Positions 8,674-17,432 of a DNA stretch of 63,321 nt are shown here, one piece after another. A program made the translations under genes and the position numbers. The DNA lies in contig CANQSO010000001.1 in the NCBI GenBank assembly GCA_947626535.1, forward strand, positions 1 to 63,321, written 5' to 3'. How positions within the stretch are numbered: position 1 is the stretch's first letter; each line of letters starts with the position of its first letter. The notes under the pieces were generated by a model. The model made no database searches. It was not told the origin of the DNA and saw only the letters and a program-made list of their open reading frames with translations. This DNA is from an uncultured Bacilli bacterium. Its GTDB lineage: Bacteria; Bacillota_I; Bacilli_A; RF39; UBA660.

Positions 8674-10083
8674 ATGAATAAAAATATTGAAGAATTATTT
8701 TCAGAAAAACGTTTTCATCCATTTTTAAAGCTAGTAGAGTTAGGGATTATTGACAAGGAAGTAGGAACAAAGGCAATCATAAGTACCAAAGTGCCTAAAT
8801 ATATTTTTGAATTTGCCAAAAATATAGAAGGAGCCGATATAGAAAAGTTAGAAGATGCCATTATAAAAACTAAAGATGTTCATTATATCTATTGGTTTGC
8901 GAAAGATGTAAAAGATGCTAATATAGAAAAGTTAGAAGATGCCATTATAAAAAGCAAAAATGGTTATGAAATCTATTGGTTTGCGAAAGATATAGAGGGA
9001 GCAAATATAGATAAATTAACAGATGGAATAATGAAGACTGATTGGGTAGCACATATTTATGAATTTGCTAGAGATATAAAAGGAGCCAATATAGATAAAC
9101 TACAAGATGCTATTATAAAAAATCCAACAAAAGAAAATGCAGAATATATTTATAATTTTACTAATTTAAAAAAAGGATTAGATATAGAAAAATTTCAAAA
9201 AGCAATAATTGCAACAAAAAATGCTCAATATATATATTATTTTGCCAGATTTAAGGAAGGAGCAGATATAGAAAAATTACAAGATACAATAGTTGCTATT
9301 GGAAATGCACAATATATTTATGAATTTGCCAAAGACGTAAAAGGTGCTAATATAGAAAAATTAGAAGATGCAATAATTGTAACAAAAAATGCAGAATATA
9401 TTTATGAATTTGCTAGAGATGTAAAAGGTGTCAATATAGCGAAATTAGAAGATGCCATTATAAAAAGTTCAAGAGGAGAAAAAGAAAAATATATTTATAA
9501 TTTTGCTAAAAACATAGAGGGAGCAAATATAGATAAATTAACAGATGCAATTATAAAAACAAAAGATACTTATTATATTCACAAATTTGCAGAAAATATA
9601 AAAGGTGTCAATATAGCAAAACTAACAAAGGGAATAATTGCAACAAAAGATGCACCTGGTATATATGACTTTGCTAAAAATATAGAGGGTGCCGATATAG
9701 AAAAACTAACAAAGGGAATCATTGCAACACAAGATGCATTTTGGATGTGTGACTTTGCAAAAATAGCTAAAGGAGCAGATATAGATAAATTGGCAGATGC
9801 AATTATAGAAACTAAAAGTTTGCATAAGATGTATGAATTTGCAAAGTGTATAAAAGGCATAAGTGCAGAAAAGAAAGACACAATAATGAAAATAGTTTCA
9901 TATAATGATAGACGTTATGGCGCTAATGAAGAAGCTAGAACTTTATGGTTATTATTATGGTTAGTAGATCATAAAGATTTTAAAACAATTTTGGACAATA
10001 AAGAAGAATTTTCTAATTTATTTGTTGATAAAGAGCAAGAAGTTAGTAAAGAACAACAAAAAATGTTAATCAAAAGTAAATAA
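8674..10083 (+). CDS. 28-residue tandem-repeat protein (13 units)
   Basis: Same unit and the same N and C caps as 7378-8598 and 17433-18839. Confidence 0.85.
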   Translation: MNKNIEELFSEKRFHPFLKLVELGIIDKEVGTKAIISTKVPKYIFEFAKNIEGADIEKLEDAIIKTKDVHYIYWFAKDVKDANIEKLEDAIIKSKNGYEIYWFAKDIEGANIDKLTDGIMKTDWVAHIYEFARDIKGANIDKLQDAIIKNPTKENAEYIYNFTNLKKGLDIEKFQKAIIATKNAQYIYYFARFKEGADIEKLQDTIVAIGNAQYIYEFAKDVKGANIEKLEDAIIVTKNAEYIYEFARDVKGVNIAKLEDAIIKSSRGEKEKYIYNFAKNIEGANIDKLTDAIIKTKDTYYIHKFAENIKGVNIAKLTKGIIATKDAPGIYDFAKNIEGADIEKLTKGIIATQDAFWMCDFAKIAKGADIDKLADAIIETKSLHKMYEFAKCIKGISAEKKDTIMKIVSYNDRRYGANEEARTLWLLLWLVDHKDFKTILDNKEEFSNLFVDKEQEVSKEQQKMLIKSK

Positions 10084-10144
10084 TTAGAATGAGTAACAAG
10101 AAAACTATTGTTACAAGAAAACTATTGTTTTCTTGTTTTACTGT

Positions 10145-10428
10145 TTTCTGGTAGTTCTAGGAGAAGACAAATGTTAGATGAAGTATTGCAAAGGAATAAT
10201 ATAAAGCTTAATCCTACTCATCTAATGCCGGATTCAAAACTAATGGCAGATTATATAAAAGAAAATGATTATATTGGTTATTTTATTGAAGACGAAATTA
10301 AAGAATATGATTTAATGAAAATTAATCTAAAGGAAGAAATGCCTATTAATCCTATTGGAATTATCTACTCTAAAAAGTCAATTAATCATATTGCTCGTGA
10401 TTTTGTAAATACGATAACTAAAAACTAA
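10145..10428 (+). pseudogene. 3' fragment of a LysR gene, duplicate of 3973-4256
   Basis: 10145-10412 appears identical to 3973-4240, and the last 16 nt have 3 mismatches. There is no N-terminal HTH and no RBS. The ORF-track 10108 start is an artefact. Confidence 0.85.
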
Positions 10429-10487
10429 AAATTAAATAATTATATTATTAAGATTTATGCTACAATACTTGATGGGAGGTTTAATAT

Positions 10488-11102
10488 ATGGATTTTAGTA
10501 AAGAAATAGTTAGAGAAATGGCAGGAATGGGAGGTACATTCCTTTATGGTAATGTAGTAGGTAATGTTTCCCCCGACATTGAATGGATAAAATGGTTGTC
10601 TTATGAGCCAGAGTTTGAGAAAAAAAGAATAGAATATTTAGATTCTAAAAAGGTATCAGAATTATCTTATGAAGAACTTAATGAAGCAAGTATATATAGT
10701 AGAAACAAAATGTTTGCAAAATTATTTAAAGCATATGGGACAAAAGAATGTTCTGAAGAAGATTATATAAAAGTATATAACTTTATGTGTGAAGAGTCTA
10801 TTGAAAAATTGATGCTTAGTAAATTAACAGTTGAAGAATTACAATATGCAAAGCAAGAAATAACTAGATTACTTGATATTCCTAAAGAACAACTATGTGC
10901 TAAAGTACAAGAAGAACAAAGGCCAGAGAAATATGAGAAACTATCAATGGTAGATTCTTATATACTACACATTATGTCTAATGTAGATTATGCTAGAGCA
11001 AGGTCTGATTTAGATAGAAAAATTGGGAAACAATTAGAGCAAAACGATGTTGTGATACGTAAAAGTTTATGTTATGCAAATAATTCATATATGAACTTAT
11101 AA
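10488..11102 (+). CDS. Hypothetical protein upstream of the membrane-anchored repeat protein
   Basis: 204-aa ORF with RBS GGGAGG. Its stop lies 17 nt before the next gene's start. Confidence 0.65.
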   Translation: MDFSKEIVREMAGMGGTFLYGNVVGNVSPDIEWIKWLSYEPEFEKKRIEYLDSKKVSELSYEELNEASIYSRNKMFAKLFKAYGTKECSEEDYIKVYNFMCEESIEKLMLSKLTVEELQYAKQEITRLLDIPKEQLCAKVQEEQRPEKYEKLSMVDSYILHIMSNVDYARARSDLDRKIGKQLEQNDVVIRKSLCYANNSYMNL

Positions 11103-11119
11103 TTTTAGGAGGTTTACAG

Positions 11120-13501
11120 GTGAATAAACAAGATTTGAAAAATCTAAAAAAAGCATTAATTGAAAAATATAAAAACAATTCTTCAGAAATTGATGTTTTA
11201 GATAATAAGATAAATATTTTAGATGTAAATAGTTATGATAAAAAATTGAATGATTTTTTAACTTGGGCAGGAATTCCGTGTGTTTTCAATGTGATATTAT
11301 TACCTAATATAATTAATATTAGTACACTTCCATTAAATTTACTACAAGCTTTAAATGTTAGTGTGCCTATACTAATTGGAATAGTTGGGGAAAAATTATC
11401 ATGGAAAAAGATAAATGAAGAAATGAAAAAAGTTTCAAGTTCTAAAACTTATAAGCAGAGAATAGAAGAGTTGACAAGATGTGAAATAGATAGAGATAAA
11501 CTTCTACTTTTAAATGAGGATTTAAGTTTTCAAAATTTTTTAATTGAAGAAAAACTAATAGATGATGATAAAGACATAATTGAAAAAAATGATATTGATT
11601 ATGTGGAAACACAAAATAATATTCAAAAAATAGAGGAAAACATTGAAAAAAAAGAAAAAGAAATAAACGAAACATTAACTAAAGATATTTTAACTTCAAA
11701 CTTTAACAAATATAGAGGTACAAAAGAAGAAGCAATTATTTCAAGTATTTTTGGTGGTATATGTTTATATGCAGCGTGCAATATTCATCTTGTTTCAAGA
11801 GTGTATAATGGAAAAATAAATAATCCTTTTGAAATAGCATTACCTTTTATAATTGGTGCATTATCTTGTGGAGCTTATTCTATGAAAGAAATTAAGGATA
11901 ATTTGGATATATTTAATAAAATTAATGATGAACTTGGTGATAGTAAATTGCCAAAATATAGTAAAGAAGATAAAAAATATACAGAAGATTATCGCTATTA
12001 TTTAAGACTTAAAATGGCCGAATTACGTGAACTTAGAACAAGTTTAGCTCGAGAACAATATAAATTACTAGATTTAGATAGCCAACAGGATAGTCAAAAT
12101 CGAAAATTAGAAGAACAAGATAAAAACAATCATATAAACAAATTTATAAAAGAATTAGAAGCAATCAAAGAAGAACATGGAGATAGTTTAGTAATTGAAA
12201 GATTTGAACAAAAAGCATTACAAGAAAAAAATCCAGTCTTAAGTTGGTTTTTTGCTACTAAAATTAAAGGAGCAGATATAAAAGCCCACGAGCAAGTAAT
12301 CATTGATAGTAAAGATCCAAAATATAATTATAAGTTTGCTTGTGATGTTAAAGGAGCAGATGTAAGAGCTCATGGACAAGTAATTATCGATAGTAAAGAT
12401 TTACTTTATAATTATTATTATGCTTTTGATGTTAAAGGAGCAGATATAAAAGCCCACGAACAAGTAGTCATTGATAGTAAAGATCCAGAATATAATTATT
12501 ATTTTGCTCATAATTTTGAAGGAGCAGATATAAAAGCTCACGAACAAGTAGTCATTGATAGTAAAGATCCAAAATATAATTATTGGTTTGCTCGTAAAAT
12601 TAAAGGAGCAGATGTAAAAACCCACGAACAAGTAGTCATTGATAGTAAAGATCCAGAATATAATTATTATTTTGCTCATAATTTTGAAGGAGCAGATGTA
12701 AAAACCCACGAACAAGTAGTCATTGATAGTAAAGATCCAAAATATAATTATTATTTTGCTGATAAAATTGAAAGAGCAGATATAAAAGCCCACGAACAAG
12801 TAGTCATTGATAGTAAAGATCCAGAATATAATTATTATTTTGTTCGTGATGTTAAAGGAGCAGATGTAAGAGCTCACGAACAAGTAATCATCGATAGCAA
12901 AGATCTAAAATATAATTATTTATATGCTCTTAAAGTTAAAGGAGCAGATGTAAGAGCTCATGGACAAGTAATCATCGATAGCAAAGATCTAGAATATAAT
13001 TATTGGTTTGCTCGTAAAATTAAAGGAGCAGATATAAAAGCCCACGAACAAGTAGTCATTGATAGTAAAGATCCAGAATATAATTATAAGTTTGCTCGTG
13101 ATATTGAAGGAGCAGATGTAAGAGCTCATGGACAAGTAATTATCGATAGTAAAGATTTACTTTATAATTATGATTATGCTTGCGATATTGAAGGAGCAGA
13201 TGTAAGAGCTCATGGACAAGTAATCATCGATAGCAAAGATCCAGAATGTAATTATTGTTATGCTTATAATGTTAAAGGAGCAGATATAAAAGCTCACGAA
13301 CAAGTAGTCATTGATAGTAAAGATCTAGAATATAATTATTGGTTTGCTCGTAAAATTAAAGGAGCAGATATAAAAGCCCACGAACAAGTAGTCATTGATA
13401 GTAAAGATCCAGAATATAATTATAAGTTTGCTCGTGATATTGAAGGAGCAGACGTAAAAGCCAACGAACAAGTAAAAATTTTAACGAAAGAAAAAAAATA
13501 A
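11120..13501 (+). CDS. Membrane-anchored coiled-coil protein with 15 C-terminal 28-residue repeats (variant subfamily)
   Basis: GTG start after AGGAGG. Hydrophobic segments (e.g. PCVFNVILLPNIINI, ISSIFGGICLYAACNIHLV, ALPFIIGALSCGAYS) and Lys/Glu-rich coiled-coil-like regions. The unit YNYxFAxxxxGADIKAHEQVVIDSKDPx is repeated 15 times up to the stop. Confidence 0.85.
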   Translation: MNKQDLKNLKKALIEKYKNNSSEIDVLDNKINILDVNSYDKKLNDFLTWAGIPCVFNVILLPNIINISTLPLNLLQALNVSVPILIGIVGEKLSWKKINEEMKKVSSSKTYKQRIEELTRCEIDRDKLLLLNEDLSFQNFLIEEKLIDDDKDIIEKNDIDYVETQNNIQKIEENIEKKEKEINETLTKDILTSNFNKYRGTKEEAIISSIFGGICLYAACNIHLVSRVYNGKINNPFEIALPFIIGALSCGAYSMKEIKDNLDIFNKINDELGDSKLPKYSKEDKKYTEDYRYYLRLKMAELRELRTSLAREQYKLLDLDSQQDSQNRKLEEQDKNNHINKFIKELEAIKEEHGDSLVIERFEQKALQEKNPVLSWFFATKIKGADIKAHEQVIIDSKDPKYNYKFACDVKGADVRAHGQVIIDSKDLLYNYYYAFDVKGADIKAHEQVVIDSKDPEYNYYFAHNFEGADIKAHEQVVIDSKDPKYNYWFARKIKGADVKTHEQVVIDSKDPEYNYYFAHNFEGADVKTHEQVVIDSKDPKYNYYFADKIERADIKAHEQVVIDSKDPEYNYYFVRDVKGADVRAHEQVIIDSKDLKYNYLYALKVKGADVRAHGQVIIDSKDLEYNYWFARKIKGADIKAHEQVVIDSKDPEYNYKFARDIEGADVRAHGQVIIDSKDLLYNYDYACDIEGADVRAHGQVIIDSKDPECNYCYAYNVKGADIKAHEQVVIDSKDLEYNYWFARKIKGADIKAHEQVVIDSKDPEYNYKFARDIEGADVKANEQVKILTKEKK
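12239..13498 (+). repeat. 15 tandem 84-bp in-frame coding repeats
   Basis: Period of 84 nt, with higher-order identity at offsets of 168 and 336 nt (12986-13116 equals 13322-13452). Confidence 0.9.
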
Positions 13502-13564
13502 AAAAGTTAATCTAAAAAATTGGAAAAGAAGTAAAATTAATTTTTTAATTGTTCATAACTATGA

Positions 13565-13604
13565 AAAAGACAATTCTAGAATTATCTAACTAGATTGTCT
13601 TTTT
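13565..13604. terminator. Bidirectional terminator between convergent genes
   Basis: AAAAGACAATTCTAG / CTAGATTGTCTTTT, flanked by A and T runs. Confidence 0.6.
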
Positions 13605-13606
13605 AA

Positions 13607-14257
13607 TTACATATGTTTACCTTTACTTTCACCTATTTCATTATTAATAGCATAATTTGAAACCGCTCTAAAATTTTCGTCATAAGGGTAAACTTGTTGA
13701 CCAAATTGAAGCCACATCGTTGACCAAGAAGAACCTGTTTTAAGCAATTCTTGAACTCTTGCATTATTCATTGTAGGATTATCTTCTTGTTTATCTAAAT
13801 CAACACAACCTTCTTCATCATACAATTTACTTTGTAGATCACATTCTAATTTATCACACTGATAAGCAAACATTGATTCTTTTGTATTATGTGCATCAAA
13901 TTCCAAAAATAATTCTTCAATTTGATTACCATCTAATAAACCATTTAATATTCTATGTACTGCTTCGTGTTCCATTTTTTCTTTTTCTTCTTTTGATATT
14001 TGAAATTGAGTTAAATCACCAATGACAGTCTCACCAAGTTCGTGAACTGCTAGCATATATATAACTTTCATAATATCAACATCATATTTATACTCTGATT
14101 TCATAGCAATTGCTAACATTTGAACTCCAAAAATATGTTCAGCAACACTCTCAATTCTTTCTCTTTGAACATTCCAATTTTTCCAACCTGTTCTTATAAC
14201 ATTTTTTAATCTATTACATATAACATAATAATTTATTACATTTTGTTCTTTTGACAT
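13607..14257 (-). CDS. HD-superfamily phosphohydrolase, YfbR/HDDC2-like 5'-deoxynucleotidase type
   Basis: Start refined to MSKEQNV (RBS AAGAGG). Contains SVAEHIFGVQMLA and LAVHELGETVIGDL, so the metal motif reads HE rather than HD. Confidence 0.7.
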   Translation of the reverse strand: MSKEQNVINYYVICNRLKNVIRTGWKNWNVQRERIESVAEHIFGVQMLAIAMKSEYKYDVDIMKVIYMLAVHELGETVIGDLTQFQISKEEKEKMEHEAVHRILNGLLDGNQIEELFLEFDAHNTKESMFAYQCDKLECDLQSKLYDEEGCVDLDKQEDNPTMNNARVQELLKTGSSWSTMWLQFGQQVYPYDENFRAVSNYAINNEIGESKGKHM

Positions 14258-14451
14258 AAAATTGCCTCTTTTCGATGAATTATTATAGTCTTTAATTTTA
14301 TATTTGTCAATAATATCAATTGTTTGTGACTTTAAGTTAAAATGTCCTAATAAAAACAAAATGATAATAAAATAAAAAAATCACAAGATTTGCTTTATTT
14401 TATATAAAAAATTGTATATAATATCAAGTAAATTAAAAAAGGAGTCCATAT

Positions 14452-15087
14452 ATGTTAAAAAATAGATATTATTGTTTAATCTTAAATGACGATATAGAAA
14501 AAAGATTTTTATTGAGAGTAAAAAAAGATTTTTATACAGAAGGTATCAGTGTAGATGAGGATAAGTTATTACAAGGGTATTTTTATTTTAACGGTTATAT
14601 TTGTTTAAATATTTTGGATAATAATGATTTAGAAGCTAAAATTTGGGAACATAAAGGAATTGTTGGCTCCATTGAGGATGGCGTTTCTCACGCGGCACTA
14701 GATGAAGAACTTGAGTCTTATGGACGTTCAAGTAAAATGAATGTCAAACTAGAAGAAATTACTGATAAAGAATTAATTGGCAAAATAGATTTTTTAATTA
14801 GGAGTTCTATTAGAAATTTAAGTCCAAATAATAGACAAATTTATGATTTTTTTAATCAAAGAAGAAAACACCATTTTCAAGAGTTTAAATCAGATATTAC
14901 ATCGCCTATTTATAATGTAGATGGCACGGCATATATTGAGATTGATGATCCCGAACTTGATTTTACACGTGAAGATTTAAAAGAAATTGGGCAATATTTA
15001 CAAAGTCTTAATCAAAAACAAATAGTTAATGGAAAAGATGAAAATGGAAAGAAAATAAGAAAAAGAACTCATAAAAAACAAAAGTAA
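14452..15087 (+). CDS. Hypothetical protein, paralogue of 6546-7208
   Basis: 211 aa with RBS AAGGAG. High identity to 6546-7208 but lacks its C-terminal KPKMLIKNK extension. Confidence 0.7.
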   Translation: MLKNRYYCLILNDDIEKRFLLRVKKDFYTEGISVDEDKLLQGYFYFNGYICLNILDNNDLEAKIWEHKGIVGSIEDGVSHAALDEELESYGRSSKMNVKLEEITDKELIGKIDFLIRSSIRNLSPNNRQIYDFFNQRRKHHFQEFKSDITSPIYNVDGTAYIEIDDPELDFTREDLKEIGQYLQSLNQKQIVNGKDENGKKIRKRTHKKQK

Positions 15088-15146
15088 TAAAAAAATACAA
15101 TTTAATAAAAAGCTGTAATTTGATAAGGAAGAGAGGCTAATAATTT

Positions 15147-16079
15147 ATGGAAACAGATCTATTAAAATATGTTAGAAGAATACTTGGAACACCTGATAAA
15201 AATTTAAATTTAAAAACTTCGATAGGAATAAAAGAAATGATAGAGTTACTTGACTTTATTGTAGAAAATAAGTTGGATTTAGAAAGTAAAAGTATGACCG
15301 TTGATATAAATGACAATAGATATGATATTATATTTTCATATCATACAAGTAGTAATAGTGATTTTACTTCTTCTGATAAATCTTGGTTTGTTTCTATTAA
15401 AATAATAGGTCAAAATAAAAGCATTGTTTTTAAAGAGTATAAAAATAAGAAAGAATGTTATAATCCAAAAAGTTTTGATTTTTCTAATATTGATAAAAAA
15501 TATACAATTATTGAGTCAATAGATGATTATGGTCAAGTTTATACAATGATAAATCAATGTGGAACTATTTATGATAAATATTATCATCCTAATTTTAATG
15601 AACTTATTCAAAATTATTCTTATATAGGTCAAGGCTTACATATTAGTGATAATTATTGGAGTGAAGAAAATGGTATTAAAGTAAGAAAAAAAGATGATGG
15701 TACGATAGAAATTGAAGACCATTCTTCATCTTTAGGTACTTTAAGCGAATATATCAAAAAAACGGGAGATAAATATATTACGATAATTAAAGATGGTGAA
15801 CAATATTATTATGATATAGATAGTCAAAAACTTTTAAATGAGAAAAAATCTGAAGAATTAAATATTCCTATACGTGATTACAATACTGACCATCCAGAAT
15901 ATACGCCTTATATAAAAAAGGATTCTAATTTTTGTAAAATAATTTCATTATTTTCAAGATTTGATAAAGAAGTAAAATTAACAAATTTTAATGATGATGA
16001 ATTAAGTGCTATTAAAGAGCAAATTAAAAACAATTTAGTTAAAAGTAAAGAAAAAGCTAAGTGTTATAAAAAAATATAA
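15147..16079 (+). CDS. Hypothetical protein
   Basis: 310-aa ORF with RBS GAGAGG. No motif recognised. Confidence 0.6.
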   Translation: METDLLKYVRRILGTPDKNLNLKTSIGIKEMIELLDFIVENKLDLESKSMTVDINDNRYDIIFSYHTSSNSDFTSSDKSWFVSIKIIGQNKSIVFKEYKNKKECYNPKSFDFSNIDKKYTIIESIDDYGQVYTMINQCGTIYDKYYHPNFNELIQNYSYIGQGLHISDNYWSEENGIKVRKKDDGTIEIEDHSSSLGTLSEYIKKTGDKYITIIKDGEQYYYDIDSQKLLNEKKSEELNIPIRDYNTDHPEYTPYIKKDSNFCKIISLFSRFDKEVKLTNFNDDELSAIKEQIKNNLVKSKEKAKCYKKI

Positions 16080-16285
16080 AAATCATAAGAAAATCCAAAA
16101 ATGTTTGTTAAAATGTAGGAATAAAAGAAAGTAACAAGAAAACTGCTTTATTGTTTTCTTTTAGTAGTTCAAATATGTATTCATTTACAAAATGTTTATA
16201 ATATGTTAATATATAACGAAAAAAACTTTGCTTAAAAATAAAAAATAATATTGTTTTTAATTAATGTATCGTGAGGTGAAAGAAT

Positions 16286-17329
16286 ATGGAAGCAAAATTA
16301 TTATATGATTTTGAAAAATATTTACAACTTAAACAAAATACTTGTGCTGCAAGAATATTTTTAAATGCTTTTAATCTTATATTAGAAGAAAATGTTGAAA
16401 ATATCGATCAATTTTCAAAGCTAAAAATTTTTGATTCTGATATGAATGAGGTTGGAAAATTATATTTTAAGAATGGAAAAGTTTTTATATCTGCAAACTT
16501 TAATAATAATGTTTTAAATGCAGAATTTAACATTGCCAAAATATATGGCTATTATGCTATTCTTGAAGACAATATTCAAGGAAATTGGAATAATGATATT
16601 GATTTTCAGTTACAACAATCAAATGGTATAAAGCTTTCAGGGCAATTTGAAATAAGAGCAGCTTTAGATAGTGAGTATGGAATTCATTGTAATTGTCATC
16701 CGTTAATAAAGTATGAAGTTGATGGTAAAGAAATGATGATATTAAAAATGTTTAGAGATGGTAGTGAACTTAATCTTCAAATAATGAAAGACAATTATAA
16801 AGAAAAAATAGATATATGTTCTTGGGATAAAAATCGTTATCTATATCACGAAATAATAAAAGGTGAATATGATAGACAAAAATTAGGAAATCCATTTTCT
16901 AGATATGTTTTAGTAAAAGAAGCAGAAGATGAAAAAAATAAGGGAAAATTAGCATCGCTTTTAAGTGAATCAAATTATATTAGACCAGTGCTTTTTGAAA
17001 CAAATTATATTCCAAAAAATAGTAATAATTCTATTCAATTATCATTGCAAATTGGAAAATTAATGCGAGAGTTAGATCCAAGTATGTATGAAAGAATAAA
17101 AGAAACAAAAGAAATTCTAAAAATTGATAATAAATCTATATTTGACAATTTAGTTGGTATATGCTTTGAAAAATATACTAATGAGCAAGTAGAGGCATTG
17201 CTTGGAGTTACAAAAAATAAAATTTTATATCAAGATGGAAATGATACATTAGCAAATTCTTATTTTGGAATAAATAAAAGTGATTATTTTTTTCCTAAAG
17301 AAATGCAAAAAAAATTGGTAAAAAAATAA
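16286..17329 (+). CDS. Hypothetical protein
   Basis: 347-aa ORF with RBS GAGGTGA. No motif recognised. Confidence 0.6.
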   Translation: MEAKLLYDFEKYLQLKQNTCAARIFLNAFNLILEENVENIDQFSKLKIFDSDMNEVGKLYFKNGKVFISANFNNNVLNAEFNIAKIYGYYAILEDNIQGNWNNDIDFQLQQSNGIKLSGQFEIRAALDSEYGIHCNCHPLIKYEVDGKEMMILKMFRDGSELNLQIMKDNYKEKIDICSWDKNRYLYHEIIKGEYDRQKLGNPFSRYVLVKEAEDEKNKGKLASLLSESNYIRPVLFETNYIPKNSNNSIQLSLQIGKLMRELDPSMYERIKETKEILKIDNKSIFDNLVGICFEKYTNEQVEALLGVTKNKILYQDGNDTLANSYFGINKSDYFFPKEMQKKLVKK

Positions 17330-17432
17330 GAATAATATTAAAAAATGATTTAGAAAAATTTTTAATAAATTTTATGAGAAAAGAAAATGTTATGTTATAT
17401 AATATGACACAATTTGAAAGGAGAAACATTTC

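Noticed and set aside
10108-10428. The 106-aa ORF as a real gene
   Set aside because: Its first 12 codons are terminator-flank sequence, and the rest duplicates the C-terminal third of the LysR gene. It has no HTH and no RBS, so it is annotated as a pseudogene fragment.
370-11102. The shared ...MNL* ending and similar 3' DNA (ATATGAACTTATAA) of ORF 6-392 and ORF 10488-11102, as evidence of homology or a recombination site
   Set aside because: There are only ~14 identical AT-rich nucleotides, and no further protein similarity is seen by eye.
12401-12883. 160-aa antisense ORF inside the 84-bp repeat array. A similar case is 9579-9881 inside the second repeat gene
   Set aside because: It is a shadow ORF on the opposite strand of a clearly coding, in-frame repeat. 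Its own periodic Ile/Phe-rich sequence only mirrors the sense-strand repeats, and it has no RBS.
12239-13498. The tandem repeats as a CRISPR array
   Set aside because: The units are contiguous 84-nt repeats without unique spacers, they stay in frame inside a long ORF, and no cas genes are present.
16165-16173. AGTTCAAAT, a 9-nt match to the T-loop region of the att core, as a possible internal att site
   Set aside because: It is too short, it is AT-rich so chance matches are expected, and the flanking bases do not match.
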